64,000 nucleotides of DNA from Dictyostelium discoideum (Eukaryota), in NCBI GenBank assembly GCA_000004695.1, contig CM000154.2, positions 704,001 to 768,000 of the forward strand, read 5' to 3'. Position numbers and translations under genes: made by a program. Shown here piece after piece: positions 1 through 10,291 of this stretch (its first letter is position 1; each line of letters begins with the position of its first letter). The notes under the pieces are model-generated. The model made no database searches, was not told the origin of the DNA, and saw only the letters and a list, made by a program, of their open reading frames with translations.

Positions 1-2103
1 GGAATTAAAATATCACAATGTAATGGTCTTTTATATGCAATACTAATCATTATTGAATATTGAGATTAATAAATATAAAATGAATGAAAAAAGTTAGTAT
101 ATAGTATGTATATGGTGTGTATAGGGTATTATGAAACTTACATTTACTATCTTCATGTTTAATATATTTTGAAGAAAATGGTATCTGGATTTGGAGCAGT
201 AACATCCCTATATAATTTATAATCCATGTAAGCAACGAATAAACAAAATAATAATTGTTCATCAGTTGGTAATTCATTTGCAATCCAACCTTGACCACCT
301 TAGGAAAACATGTTTATCACGAGATAATTCAATAATTCCAACAGTGTACCATTCATCATATTATCATATTGTTGTTTTGTAAATGAAATAAATATTAAGA
401 AGATTAAAAAAAATGAAATTTAAAACGCATATAATATGACCCAAATCCAATATAATCTGAATATTTGGTATTCTCCCAATTACTTGATATCATTGGAAAA
501 TTTTCACTTTTTAATGTATTTCTATTTGAACTAACAAATGGTGCTGTTTTTGTGGTTTATTTATAATTTGATTTCTATTATTAATAATAGATTGTCTTGG
601 TGTAATAGTAGTAGTTGGTATTGTTCCTGATGTCGATGTTGATGATGTTGTTGGTATTCTATTTGCAGATCTTGATAATGCACTTGTTGTTAATCTTTCA
701 ATTTTATTATTATTATAATTATTATCTTTATAATCTTTATTATTACATAAAACATCTTGAATTATAATAATTTTAAAATTTAATAGTTTCATTTACATCA
801 TCATCATCATCATCACACATATATACATTCTAGTTTTCCATTATTTTTTTTTTTTAATTAATAAATAAAAATAAAATCATTGGAAAGATTTTTTTTTTTT
901 TTTTTTAAACAAAATATTTTTTAATTATTAAAAAATGAAAAAAAAAAAATTTAAGTATGTGATATAGTTAACAATACTTTTTTATTTTTTATTTTTCATT
1001 TTTCACATAGAAAAAAAAAAAAATTTCCACTTTTTTTTTTTTTTTTTTAAAAATAATATCACAAGATATTATATGAAAGAGAAAAAAAAAATTTTGTCAT
1101 AAAATTGGGAAAAAAAAAAAATGAGAAATAAAAATAAAAAAAAATTAATGAAAAACAAAAAGATATTCATTAATAAATGTGTAATTGTTATTTTTTTTTT
1201 TTTTTTTTATTTTTTTTTTTTAAAATAATATCACAAGATATTATATTAAAAGTATATTTTATTTTTTTTTTTTTTATTTTTTTTTTTTTTTATATGAGAA
1301 TATTTACTACATTAGGAATGAATTAATTGAACTACTTATTGAAACTTTCTTTAATTATAATTTTATTTTGGCATAATATTATTTTAAAAACATTTACTAA
1401 TTGTTATGTTAATTTAAATCTGTATCATAGTCATTTTTTTCATTTTTTTTTCCTAATTTTAATTTTTTTCTATCTTTTTTAATTATTGATTTTGTGAATG
1501 ATATTATACCTAAAGATATAGTTTTTGTTGTATCATATAAAACCCAAAATAACTTTTCCAATATACATAATATGAATAAAAATGCCAATAAAAATGGTAT
1601 ATATGAAAATATACATAGGATGTAGTATAAAAAGTAAACTGTGTAATAGATGATTATGTAAATATTTTTAAAAGTAAAAAAATGAGATATTACAATAAAT
1701 AATGAAATTATTATTATAATTAAAAAAAGTTTGTTGTAGTTGTATTGAGTTTATTTTATCCATTTTTAATAAACCAAAATTTATTTTTTGAAAGTTTAGA
1801 ATGATTTAATTATGAAATAATTTTTTTTTTTTTTTTCCAATAGCTTTTTATAATTATTTTTGAGTAAATTATAAATAAAAAAAAAAAAAAAAGAAAATTG
1901 AAAAAAAAAAAAAGTTTTCTTTTTTAGGAAAGTTAAATATTTTTATTTTTTTTATTTTTTTTTTTTATTAATTATTTTTATGGTAATCAAAATATCGTGA
2001 TTAATAATAAAAAAATAAATATAATATTTTAAATTCTTTTTTTTTTTTTTTAATTTTTTTTTTTTTGATTTTCATCAAATTTGATAACGGGAAGGAAAAA
2101 TAA

Positions 2104-2487
2104 TTATTTTGGAGAGCAAACAATGTTTGAACAATTACCAGGAATTATAGCATCCATTCTTTGACCGAAATTAGTGAGAGCAGCATAATTTCTATGTGAT
2201 TCACCAGCAGTGATTTGATATTGTTCTATTGGATACCATTTTACAAAACACACATCAGCACCACTAATAAAAGATTGAACATTACCACGGAAACCATCAG
2301 ATAATGAGAGATAACCTTGAGAGACATTGTAAACATAACGATCACCTTTGAAATCCCAACTACTAAATAAGTAAACTTGACCATCTGGTGCACCAACACA
2401 TGTTGGATCTAATGATAAACTACCATTAATAATTGAAAAAAATAAAATTGTTGAAATAATTAAGATTAAGGAATTTCTAATATTCAT
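2104..2487 (-). CDS. Small secreted protein (127 aa) with a cleavable signal peptide. The product may have a beta/gamma-crystallin-like Greek-key fold.
   Basis: Uninterrupted ORF with ATG at 2487. The N-terminus [25 protein letters not shown] is a classic hydrophobic signal peptide. The mature part contains [16 protein letters not shown] and CFVKWYP, which resemble the Y/FxxxxFxG Greek-key signature of beta/gamma-crystallin or killer-toxin-like folds. Codon usage is ordinary (not a homopolymer artefact) and AT-rich flanks are on both sides. Confidence 0.5.
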   Translation of the reverse strand: MNIRNSLILIISTILFFSIINGSLSLDPTCVGAPDGQVYLFSSWDFKGDRYVYNVSQGYLSLSDGFRGNVQSFISGADVCFVKWYPIEQYQITAGESHRNYAALTNFGQRMDAIIPGNCSNIVCSPK

Positions 2488-3065
2488 TTTTAATTTTTTT
2501 ATTTGTTTTTTTTGTTAAATGTTTGAATTTTAATGAAGACTTGAAAAACTAAATTCTCAATCTATTTATAGTTTTTTAATTTCAATATTGAAAACATATA
2601 AAAAAATTCAGATTTTATATTAAAAAATCAATATTACTTACTTTGGATAATTAAAAAACTTTAAAAATAAAAAATCCAAGTTTATTAACCGACTTTCTTA
2701 ATTTCAGTTGGTAAATGTACATTTTATATATTTAATTAATATCATCATAAATAAAATAATATTTTATTAAAAAAAAAAAATTAAAAAAAAAAAAAAAAAA
2801 AAATTAAAAAAAATAAAGATATTAAAAATTAATAGATCTATATTTTATTTGGTTTAAATTTAGAAAAAAAGTTTTTACTAATTTTTTTTTTTTTTTTTTT
2901 TTTAATTTTTTTTTTTTTTATTTTAAAATTTTTTTATTTTTAATTTTTTTATTTTTAATTTTAATTTAATTTAATTACAATTTAATTATAATTTATTTAT
3001 TTTAATTTTGAATTTTTAAAATAGAAAAAAAATAATTAAAAATGGAAATTGGTTTTAAGTGTTTC

Positions 3066-3110
<45 letters not shown>

Positions 3111-3216
3111 TTTGATATAAAATAAAACATTTATTTCTATTTGAATTAAATTATATTTTTATTATGAAAGAATAACAACAGTTTAAAGTTGATATTATCA
3201 TAGAAGATGTGATTGT

Positions 3217-4009
3217 TTAATATTCTTCTTCTTGTTCTTCACCTTCAGTTGAGGCAGAAACAGATTCATAATCTTTTTCGAGAGCAAGTAAATCGTCACG
3301 AGCTTCAGCAAACTCACCTTCCTCCATACCTTCACCAACGTACCAATGGACGAAAGCTCTCTTGACAAACATGAGATCGAATTTGTGGTTGATTCTTGAG
3401 AAGACTTGAGAGATGGCGGTGGTGTTTGATAACATACAAACGCTCTTCTTGACTTCAGCCATTTCACTATCTTTGGTTGAAACTGGAGCTTGATTATTGA
3501 TACCACATTTGAAACCAGTTGGGGACCAATCGACAAAGGAAACGTTTCTTGATTTCTCTGAACGAATGTTTTGAACGGCTTTTTGGGCTTCTTTTGGTAC
3601 GATATCACCTCTGTACATTAAACAACAGGCCATATATTTACCAAGATTTGGTTGACATTTGGCCATAATGTTCTTTTCAGAGAAGACGGCACTGGTGATG
3701 TTATCGACAGTGATGGTTTCGTGGTGAGCTTTTTCACGTGAGATAACTGGTGCATATGAGCAGAGTACAAAGTGAAGACGTGGGAATGGAACTAAATTGG
3801 TTTGAATATCATTGATATCAAGATTTAATTGACCTGGGAAACGGAGTGATGAAGTTAATGAACTAATAACTTGAGCAATTAAACGATTCAAATTGGTATA
3901 AGTTGGTTTTTCAATATCTAATGAATTCTTACAAATATTATAAATTGCTTCATTATCCAACACTATTTTTTTTAAAATAATAATAAAAAAAAGTTAATAT
4001 TTAAAAAAT

Positions 4010-4061
<52 letters not shown>

Positions 4062-4704
4062 ATTAAAATAACTTACTAAAACTAACATCAGTATGTTCTA
4101 ATAAAGAATGAGTTGAAAGTACAGAATTGTATGGTTCAACGACAGAGGTTGAAACTTGTGGTGATGGGTAAACACAGAAATCGAGTTTTGATTTTTTACC
4201 ACCATAGTCGAGAGCTAATTTTTGGAGTAATAAAGAACCGAAACCAGAACCTGTACCACCACCAACACTGTGGAAGACGAGGAAACCTTGGAGACCATCA
4301 CATTGATCGGCTAAACGTCTGATACGATCGACGCAAACATCGATTAATTCTTTACCAACGGTGTAGTGACCACGAGCATAATTGTTGGCAGCATCTTCTT
4401 TACCGGTAATGAGTTGTTCTGGATGGAAGAGATTCTTGTAATCACCAGTTCTAATTTCATCAATTACGGTTGGTTCCAAATCTAAAAAGATGGCTCTTGG
4501 GACAACTTTCTTACCATTGGTTGATTCGCTAAAGAATGTACCTAAATCTTTGTTGAGGTTGTTGACGTCACTTGATTGTTTACGATCAGCTGGAATTGAA
4601 CCATCACGTTCGATACCATGTTCTAAACAGTAAAGTTCCCAACATGAATTACCTACTTGGACACCTGCTTGACCAATATGAATTGAAATAATTTCACGAC
4701 CCAT
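3217..4704 (-). CDS. tubA: Alpha-tubulin, 2 exons, 457 aa
   Basis: Exon 1 is 4077..4704, with ATG at 4704. It encodes [31 protein letters not shown] and the tubulin GGGTGSG motif. The donor is GTAAGT (plus-strand acttac at 4071-4076). A 114-nt intron spans 3963..4076 and contains a 45-nt T run, with acceptor AG at 3964-3963. Exon 2 is 3217..3962 and ends ...EGEEQEEEY followed by a stop. The splice is phase 1 and restores ...[34 protein letters not shown]. The protein is full length and colinear with alpha-tubulins. The ORF track shows the same two pieces as 4063..4704 and 3217..3963. Confidence 0.95.
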
Positions 4705-4947
4705 TCTTTTTTTTTATTAATTGTTGATTGTTGGTTTTTTTTAAAAATACACAAATAAAATAAAATTGAAAAAAATAAAATAAAACTATTTAATTTAAAT
4801 TGAAATAAATATTATTTGTATAAGTTTCTGGTAATGAAGAAATCTTTACAAAGTTATTATTAAAAAAAAAAAAAAAATAATAATAAAAAAAAAAATAAAA
4901 AAAAAAAAAAAAAAATTGAAAATTGGTGATGAAAAAAAAAAAATTGG

Positions 4948-4994
<47 letters not shown>

Positions 4995-5194
4995 AATCTT
5001 TTTTTTTTTTATTTTTTTTTTTTTTTTTTTTTTTGTGAAATTGAAAAAATTAATTTTGCGCGCCTTTTGTGAAAGGGATTTTTAATTAAATTGAAAATAA
5101 AATAGGAATGTATAGATTAAATTACCAAATTAAGATTGATTATAAAATTATTATATTAATATATATTTTTATGATAATTATGACATGAAAACTT

Positions 5195-5232
<38 letters not shown>

Positions 5233-5301
5233 ATTCAATTTTATTTATTATTTCCAAATTATTTACTTTAATAAAATATTATTTTATTAAATTATAAAAA
5301 A

Positions 5302-5832
5302 ATGATAAGTAATTTTTTAAAATCAAATAATATTAAAAACAATTCTCCCTTTAGATCATTTTGTACTCGTTATAGTGAATCTCACGAATGGATTAAATTT
5401 AACCATAGAAATAAAACTTGTACTTTAGGAATAACTAAATATGCTTCGGATCAATTAAAATCAATTGTGTAAGTACCAAAATTAAAAAATTAAAAAAAAA
5501 AAAAAATTATAAACTAATAATTATAAATTTTTTTTTTTTTAAAAAAAAGAAATATTAATTTACCAGATTTAAATTCAACGATTACAAGAAAACAACCATT
5601 TGGAAATATTGAAAGTACAAAAACTGTTGCTGATCTTTTTTCAGATGTCGATGGAAAAGCAGTTTTATTGAACTCAGATGTCATTGTAGATCCAACAATA
5701 GTTAGCCATAGTCCAGAGGACAAAGGGTGGTTAATTAAAATGGAAAGTAATGACTTTGAATCATTTAATAAAATGATGACAAAAAGTGAATATGGTCAAT
5801 TCTTAAAAGATATTAATAAATCAAATGTTTAA
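5302..5832 (+). CDS. Glycine cleavage system H protein (lipoyl carrier), mitochondrial-type, 2 exons, about 149 aa
   Basis: Exon 1 is 5302..5468 (MISNFLKSNNIKNNSPFRSFCTRYSESHEWIKFNHRNKTCTLGITKYASDQLKSI plus gt). The donor GTAAGT is at 5469. The acceptor AG is at 5548-5549. Exon 2 is 5550..5832 (VNINLPDLNSTITRKQPFGNIESTKTVADLFSDVDGKAVLLNSDVIVDPTIVSHSPEDKGWLIKMESNDFESFNKMMTKSEYGQFLKDINKSNV then stop). HEW..GIT..A...LG.IV...LP and IES(T)K...SP.SG...N...DP...GWL are the GcvH signatures. The lipoyl-lysine is present in ESTK. Confidence 0.85.
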
Positions 5833-5866
5833 AACAATTAATAACAATTAATAACAATTAATAATA

Positions 5867-5949
<83 letters not shown>

Positions 5950-6170
5950 TAATAATAATAATAAAAAAAGATATTAATAAATCAGAAAATACCATAAAAA
6001 TCCCAAAACAACATAAAAATAGAAATATGGATTTTTATGGCGACACAATTTTTTTATTTTTAATTTTTTTTTTTAATTTTTTTTATTTTTTTTGTTAGCT
6101 AAATTTCTCTTTTTTTTTTTTTTAATTAAAACTTCAAAAAATTAATTAATTTCACAACACATACAAAAAA

Positions 6171-6938
6171 ATGTCAAATAAAGTTATTTTATTTGGTGAT
6201 TTAATGTCACAACCAACAAGAGCAGTATTATGGTTTATGATATTAAATAAAATACCATATGAATTTCGTTTAATTTCAATTAGAAATATGGAACAAAGAT
6301 CAAAAGAATTTGAAAAAATGTAATTATATATATATCAATTTAAAAAATAAATAATAAGAATAATAAATTATAAAAAAAAAAATATATATATTTACTAATT
6401 TTTAATTTTTTTTTTTAGTAATCCATTTAAAAAATTACCAGTAATTCAATATGAAAATCAAAGATTATTTGAAAGTCATACTATATTAAGATGGTTATCA
6501 CAACAATTTAAATTACCACAATATTATGATTACAATGATTTAAATAATAGATGTAAAGTTGATATGTATTTAGATTGGCATCATCTTGGTTTAAGAAAGG
6601 CAACAGCGGGTTTATTCTTTCAAAAGTTTATTTTACCAAAATTTGGTAAATCCGAATCTGAAGATATGGTAAAAGATGCAGAATTAAATATTCCAAGAGC
6701 ATTCAAAGAGATTGAATCAATATTTTTAGCAAATGGTAATAATAATTATTTAATTGGTGATCAAGTTACAATCGCTGATTTCTCATGTTATTGTGAAATT
6801 AATCAATTGGAAGCATTAAATTTTGATTTCAAACCTTATCCAATCCTTACAAATTGGATGGAAAGAATGAAACAATTTAATGGTTTTGAGGAATCTCATA
6901 AAATTATTCATAAAATTGCTTCACAATCAAGATTGTAA
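6171..6938 (+). CDS. Glutathione S-transferase (theta-like class), 2 exons, 222 aa
   Basis: Exon 1 is 6171..6319 (MSNKVILFGDLMSQPTRAVLWFMILNKIPYEFRLISIRNMEQRSKEFEK plus at). The donor gtaatt is at 6320. A 98-nt intron follows. The acceptor AG is at 6417-6418. Exon 2 is 6419..6938, continuing I-NPFKKLPVIQYENQRLFESHTILRWL... and ending ...VTIADFSCYCEINQLEAL...HKIASQSRL. The EF.KINPF.K.P motif and the C-terminal helical domain (TIADF) are typical of GST theta and zeta. Confidence 0.85.
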
Positions 6939-7020
6939 ATTAATAAAATAATAAAAAAAAAAAAAAAAGAAAAATCTATACAAATAATTATTTGTTTTAT
7001 TTAAATTTGAATTTTTATTT

Positions 7021-7516
7021 TTATTTATAATCAGTATTTTCACAATAGTGAGCATACTCTTCTTCAGTCATTAAATGATTGGTTTGAAATGGTTCATTAA
7101 TTTTTAATTCAATTGTCCATGAATCTTGGTCATTATTAAAAAATAATGAATTTGATTTTAATGGTAATTTTGGTTTAATCTTTGTTGTTGTTGTTGTTGT
7201 TTTCGTTGAAATTGTTGTAGTTTGTTGATTATTAAATTTATTATTAACTTTTGAAACTATACCAGATAATGGTGATTTAAATTGAATATTTTCTTCTTCT
7301 TTTGTCCATATAGATAGAAATGGTTGATTTAACCTTATTTTATCATTTATTTTTGGTAATTTAATTTTTAAGATTTTATTAAATTCATTATTTACAATAT
7401 CTGATACATAATTAGTAATACCAATTGTTGCAAAATCTTTATTTTCTGAAATTTTAATCCATTGGTGATTTGGTGAATATTTTAACTTTTTATTTCTATT
7501 ATTATTATTATTATTA

Positions 7517-7548
<32 letters not shown>

Positions 7549-7650
7549 GTTTTTATTATTAATAAAATTTCTAATAAAGAATAAATTATTAAAGTTATTC
7601 CTAAATATTATATTATTATTTATTATTTTATTTGATATTATTTTGTTCAT
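7021..7650 (-). CDS. GcvH-family paralogue (glycine cleavage H-like protein) with N/T-rich inserts, 209 aa
   Basis: Single ORF with ATG at 7650. The core is SPNHQWIKISENKDFATIGITNYVSDIVNNEFNKILKIKLPKINDKI...LSIWTKEEENIQFKSPLSGIV...EPFQTNHLMTEEEYAHYCE. It aligns to GcvH over the H.W..GIT...LG.I..LP...SP.SG...N motifs. A poly-N tract and a poly-T tract sit in surface loops. The position of the lipoyl lysine is ambiguous (TK is two residues off the canonical register). Confidence 0.7.
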
Positions 7651-7674
7651 TATTTTTGTTTATATTAAGAAAAA

Positions 7675-7712
<38 letters not shown>

Positions 7713-7960
7713 AACTTTGAACAATAAAAAAAATATATTCCTTTTTTTTTTCCCTTTTTTTTTTTCCTTTTTTTTTTTTTCCTTTTTTTTTTTTTTTTCC
7801 TTTTTTTTTCCTTTTTAGTAATTTTTTTATTTTTAATTTTTAATTTTTTTTTTTTTTTGAGATTTATATCTTTTTGTAAACCAAAAGTTGGATTTTAATT
7901 ATTAATTTAATTGAGGGTCTTTTTATTTTTTTATTTTAATTTTTATTTTTTATTTTTATT

Positions 7961-8302
7961 TTAAATTTTAATTATTTTATTTTTACAATAATTATCATAT
8001 TCATTTTTATTCATTAAACTATTAAAATCATTTATATTTGAAAATTTTATTTTACATAACCAACCCTTTGACATTGGTGATGAATTTATATAATTTGGAT
8101 AATCGAGTACATCTTGATTAATTGAAATCAATTTACAATTTCTTATTGGTGAATTTAAAAGAATTTGGTCAGAAATTGTATCTAAAGAAATGGTTAATGG
8201 TTCATCATCAACTTGATTTTCATCTTTTATTATTGGAAATTTGATATATAAAACATCATCAAATTTATTAATTGGGCCATTCTCTGTTAATCCTAATGTA
8301 CC

Positions 8303-8343
<41 letters not shown>

Positions 8344-8452
8344 TATTATTATTATTAATTGAAATCCATAAATGATTTTTTGAATATCTTGTACAAAAAA
8401 ATTTATTTGAAAGACTTTTTCTTAAATTATTTGTTGTTTTGAACAAAAACAT
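7961..8452 (-). CDS. GcvH-family paralogue lacking the conserved lipoyl-lysine, 163 aa
   Basis: Single ORF with ATG at 8452. The N-terminus ...FCTRYSKNHLWISI matches the FCTRYSESHEWIKF of the gene at 5302. The core is LGLTENGPINKFDDVLYIKFPIIKDE...PLTISLDTISDQILLNSPIRNCKL...SKGWLCKIKFSNINDFNSLMNKNEYDNY. The GcvH fold motifs are kept, but the ESVK lipoylation site reads SLDT, so there is no lysine. Confidence 0.7.
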
Positions 8453-8677
8453 TTTTTTTAATTGCTCGCTCTAAAAAATGAAAAATAAAAATTAAAAAAA
8501 AAAAAAAAATATTTTCATTTTTTTCATTTTACATTTTTTAAAAAATGTTTTAATTTTATTTATTTTTATATTAATTTTCTATATCAAATAGATCAGTCAA
8601 AAATACTCAAAATGATATAAAAAAAAAATCAATTCAACCATCTATTTTTTTTCAAATTTTTATAATGCCAAAACTGA

Positions 8678-8686
8678 CATCGAACC
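8678..8686 (-). promoter_or_regulatory. External B box (ex-B) downstream of the tRNA gene
   Basis: The minus strand reads GGTTCGATG (embedded in gtcgctGGTTCGATGtcag), a duplicate of the intragenic B-box consensus GGTTCGANTCC. It lies about 30 nt 3' of the tRNA end. This arrangement is characteristic of Dictyostelium tRNA genes and is the landmark used by TRE3 retrotransposons. Confidence 0.55.
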
Positions 8687-8715
8687 AGCGACTTTAGGCT
8701 CGCAGATTGAAAAAC

Positions 8716-8805
8716 TGCCCGAGCTCAGAATCGAACTGAGGACCCTCTGTTATCGCTTTAGTACATAGTACAAGACAGATATAATAACCACTATACGACA
8801 CGGGC
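8716..8805 (-). tRNA. Intron-containing tRNA gene, 90 nt pre-tRNA with a 17-nt intron between positions 37 and 38. The anticodon reads UGU under the most parsimonious fold, so the isotype is tentatively Thr and uncertain.
   Basis: Minus-strand sequence: GCCCGTG-TC-GTAT-AGTGGTTA-TTAT-A-TCTGT-CTTGTA-[CTATGTACTAAAGCGAT]-A-ACAGA-GGGTC-CTCAG-TTCGATT-CTGAG-CTCGGGC-A, followed by GTTTTT (Pol III terminator). The T-arm with TTCGATT loop is perfect. The acceptor stem is 6/7 paired. The D-loop carries AGTGG..A. The anticodon stem TCTGT/ACAGA only pairs if 17 nt are removed as an intron. Confidence 0.75.
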
Positions 8806-8829
8806 TCACATGTATTTTTTGTATTAAAT

Positions 8830-9180
8830 AGCAGTTACCATATTCAGAATTTACCATTATTCCATTCAAAAATAATATTCAGAATGTGCCCAAGGAGAAA
8901 AAACTAATAATTGCGTTATCCAATTCAAAAAAAGAAAAATATTCAGAATGCGAGATAAAGGTGGAATTGGTTAAGTTTTAGTGAAAAAGTATCTAATATT
9001 CCCTTTTGACGTAAAGGTCCTCTCTGTACATAATAAACCAAAGAAGGATATTACAGTTTTGTAATGAATAGCACTTGGAAAAACCATCAAAATGTTAAAC
9101 CATTAAAAGATTGCACAATAGCCATCCAATATAAAAACATATTAAGAATTTAACCACCAACAAATAATAAAAAAAACTCT
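8830..9180. repeat. Compositionally distinct non-coding block with three degenerate direct repeats of about 45 bp. Each repeat ends in AATATTCAGAATG. It may be a remnant or solo module of a tRNA-gene-targeted (TRE5-like) element, or a regulatory repeat.
   Basis: The block begins 25-50 bp upstream of the tRNA 5' end, where TRE5 elements integrate. Its GC content is clearly higher than the surrounding intergenic DNA. There is no ORF. The repeats are ccattattccattcaaaaataatattcagaatgtgcc, ccaattcaaaaaaagaaaaatattcagaatgcgag and an earlier accatattcagaatttacc. It cannot be matched to a known element without a database. Confidence 0.3.
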
Positions 9181-9204
9181 TTAAAGATTTTTTATGGCTT
9201 TTTT

Positions 9205-9350
9205 ATTTATTTCTATTTCTATTTCTATTTCTATTTCTATTTCTATTTCTATTTCTATTTCTATTTCTATTTCTATTTCTATTTCTATTTCTATTTCTAT
9301 TTCTATTTCTATTTCTATTTCTATTTCTATTTCTATTTCATTTCTATTTC
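9205..9350. repeat. Microsatellite (TTCTAT)n of about 22 units, followed by (TTTTA)n at 9355-9405
   Basis: A perfect hexanucleotide array is seen directly in the sequence (ttctatttctatttctat...). It creates the spurious ISISISIS ORF at 9194..9418. Confidence 0.95.
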
Positions 9351-9389
9351 TATTCTATTCTATTTTATTTTATTTTATTTTATTTTATT

Positions 9390-10242
9390 TTATTTTATTT
9401 TATTTATTAAATTTGTGAAAATATCATCACTATCGCCATCATTAATTACTTTAATGATATTTTTATATTTTCGATAAAATTGGTCATCATATAATTGAAT
9501 TGCATCGTTGGGTAAATAAAGCGATGTTAAAGAGGGAGGATGTAATGAAAGATCCAATGAAAAATTTGCAGAGAGTAATATTAGAGTTTCTAAATTTTGA
9601 GGTAATAAATGAGATTCCAATAAAGGAATTTCTTCTAATCCATTTGAAACATAGATTTGTAAAATCTTTAGATTAACTAAATCTGTTAAAAAATCACTTG
9701 CAGAATAATATTGTGGTAACCAGTGAAATGAAAATGATGTTAAATTCTTCAAGTTTGATAATGATCTAATATTCTCTATTTGACTATTATACTGTGACAT
9801 ACTAAAAATAATAGTCTCACAAGATTGTGGTATTGAATCTTGAATAATTGCACGAGTATAACCACAAATTTCTAATGATTTCAAATTCTTTAAATGTGAT
9901 AAACACATAATACCACCAGCACCAGCACCAGCACCAGCACCAGTACCAGTACCAGTACCAGTACCAGCTTCACCATCTTCTGTTGATGATGGAATTAAAT
10001 CACGATCATATAAATTTAAATTTAAATCTGTTATAGAATTTGGTAATAAAGGTAATGTGAAATTTTCCATTCCACCATCCATATTATTTGCTTTGAAATT
10101 TGGAAATGGGTATTTTATATTCAACTTCTTCATTGTTGAATGTAATGTTAATAATGCTTGATCATTTTCAATTAGTTCTCTAGAAATTGATAATGATTCA
10201 ATTGAATTTGGAAATTCTTTAAAATTTTGATTACTATTACTT

Positions 10243-10291
<49 letters not shown>

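Noticed and set aside
511-792. The ORF at 511..792 and the ORF at 50..298
   Set aside because: Both are low-complexity (T/S/N-rich, or Y/F/I-rich from AT-rich DNA) with no start context or homology. A different frame near 148..300 looks more protein-like (see findings), but it cannot be confirmed.
1490-1800. Minus-strand hydrophobic peptide fragments (for example YFHIYHFYWHFYSYYVYWKSYFGF)
   Set aside because: Several short hydrophobic stretches are separated by stops. This could be a multi-intron membrane-protein gene. I could not assemble a consistent exon chain, and the composition is what AT-rich DNA yields by chance.
4113-4322. ORF antisense to alpha-tubulin exon 1, and similar short ORFs antisense to real genes (13195..13386, 10585..10794, 18930..19124, 24917..25216, 26057..26335, 27206..27439, 36321..36518, 36978..37163, 45756..46078, 50330..50539, 50803..51018, 63406..63749)
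   Set aside because: They overlap strongly supported coding exons on the other strand or in another frame. They are short and have no recognisable features.
7517-7714. Homopolymer or microsatellite ORFs: 7517..7714, 9194..9418 (ISISIS), 15033..15389, 15189..15392, 27770..27958, 28015..28230, 54091..54759, 54546..54731, 57150..57503, 57223..57444, 57964..58374, 56212..56397, 49160..49393, 49924..50160 and 50011..50232
   Set aside because: Each is the alternative-frame or antisense reading of poly-N, poly-Q, poly-D/E or simple-repeat DNA that lies inside a well-supported gene or microsatellite.
9205-9350. The regular (TTCTAT)n array could be mistaken for a CRISPR-like repeat-spacer structure
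   Set aside because: It is a perfect 6-bp microsatellite with no spacers, and it lies in a eukaryotic genome.
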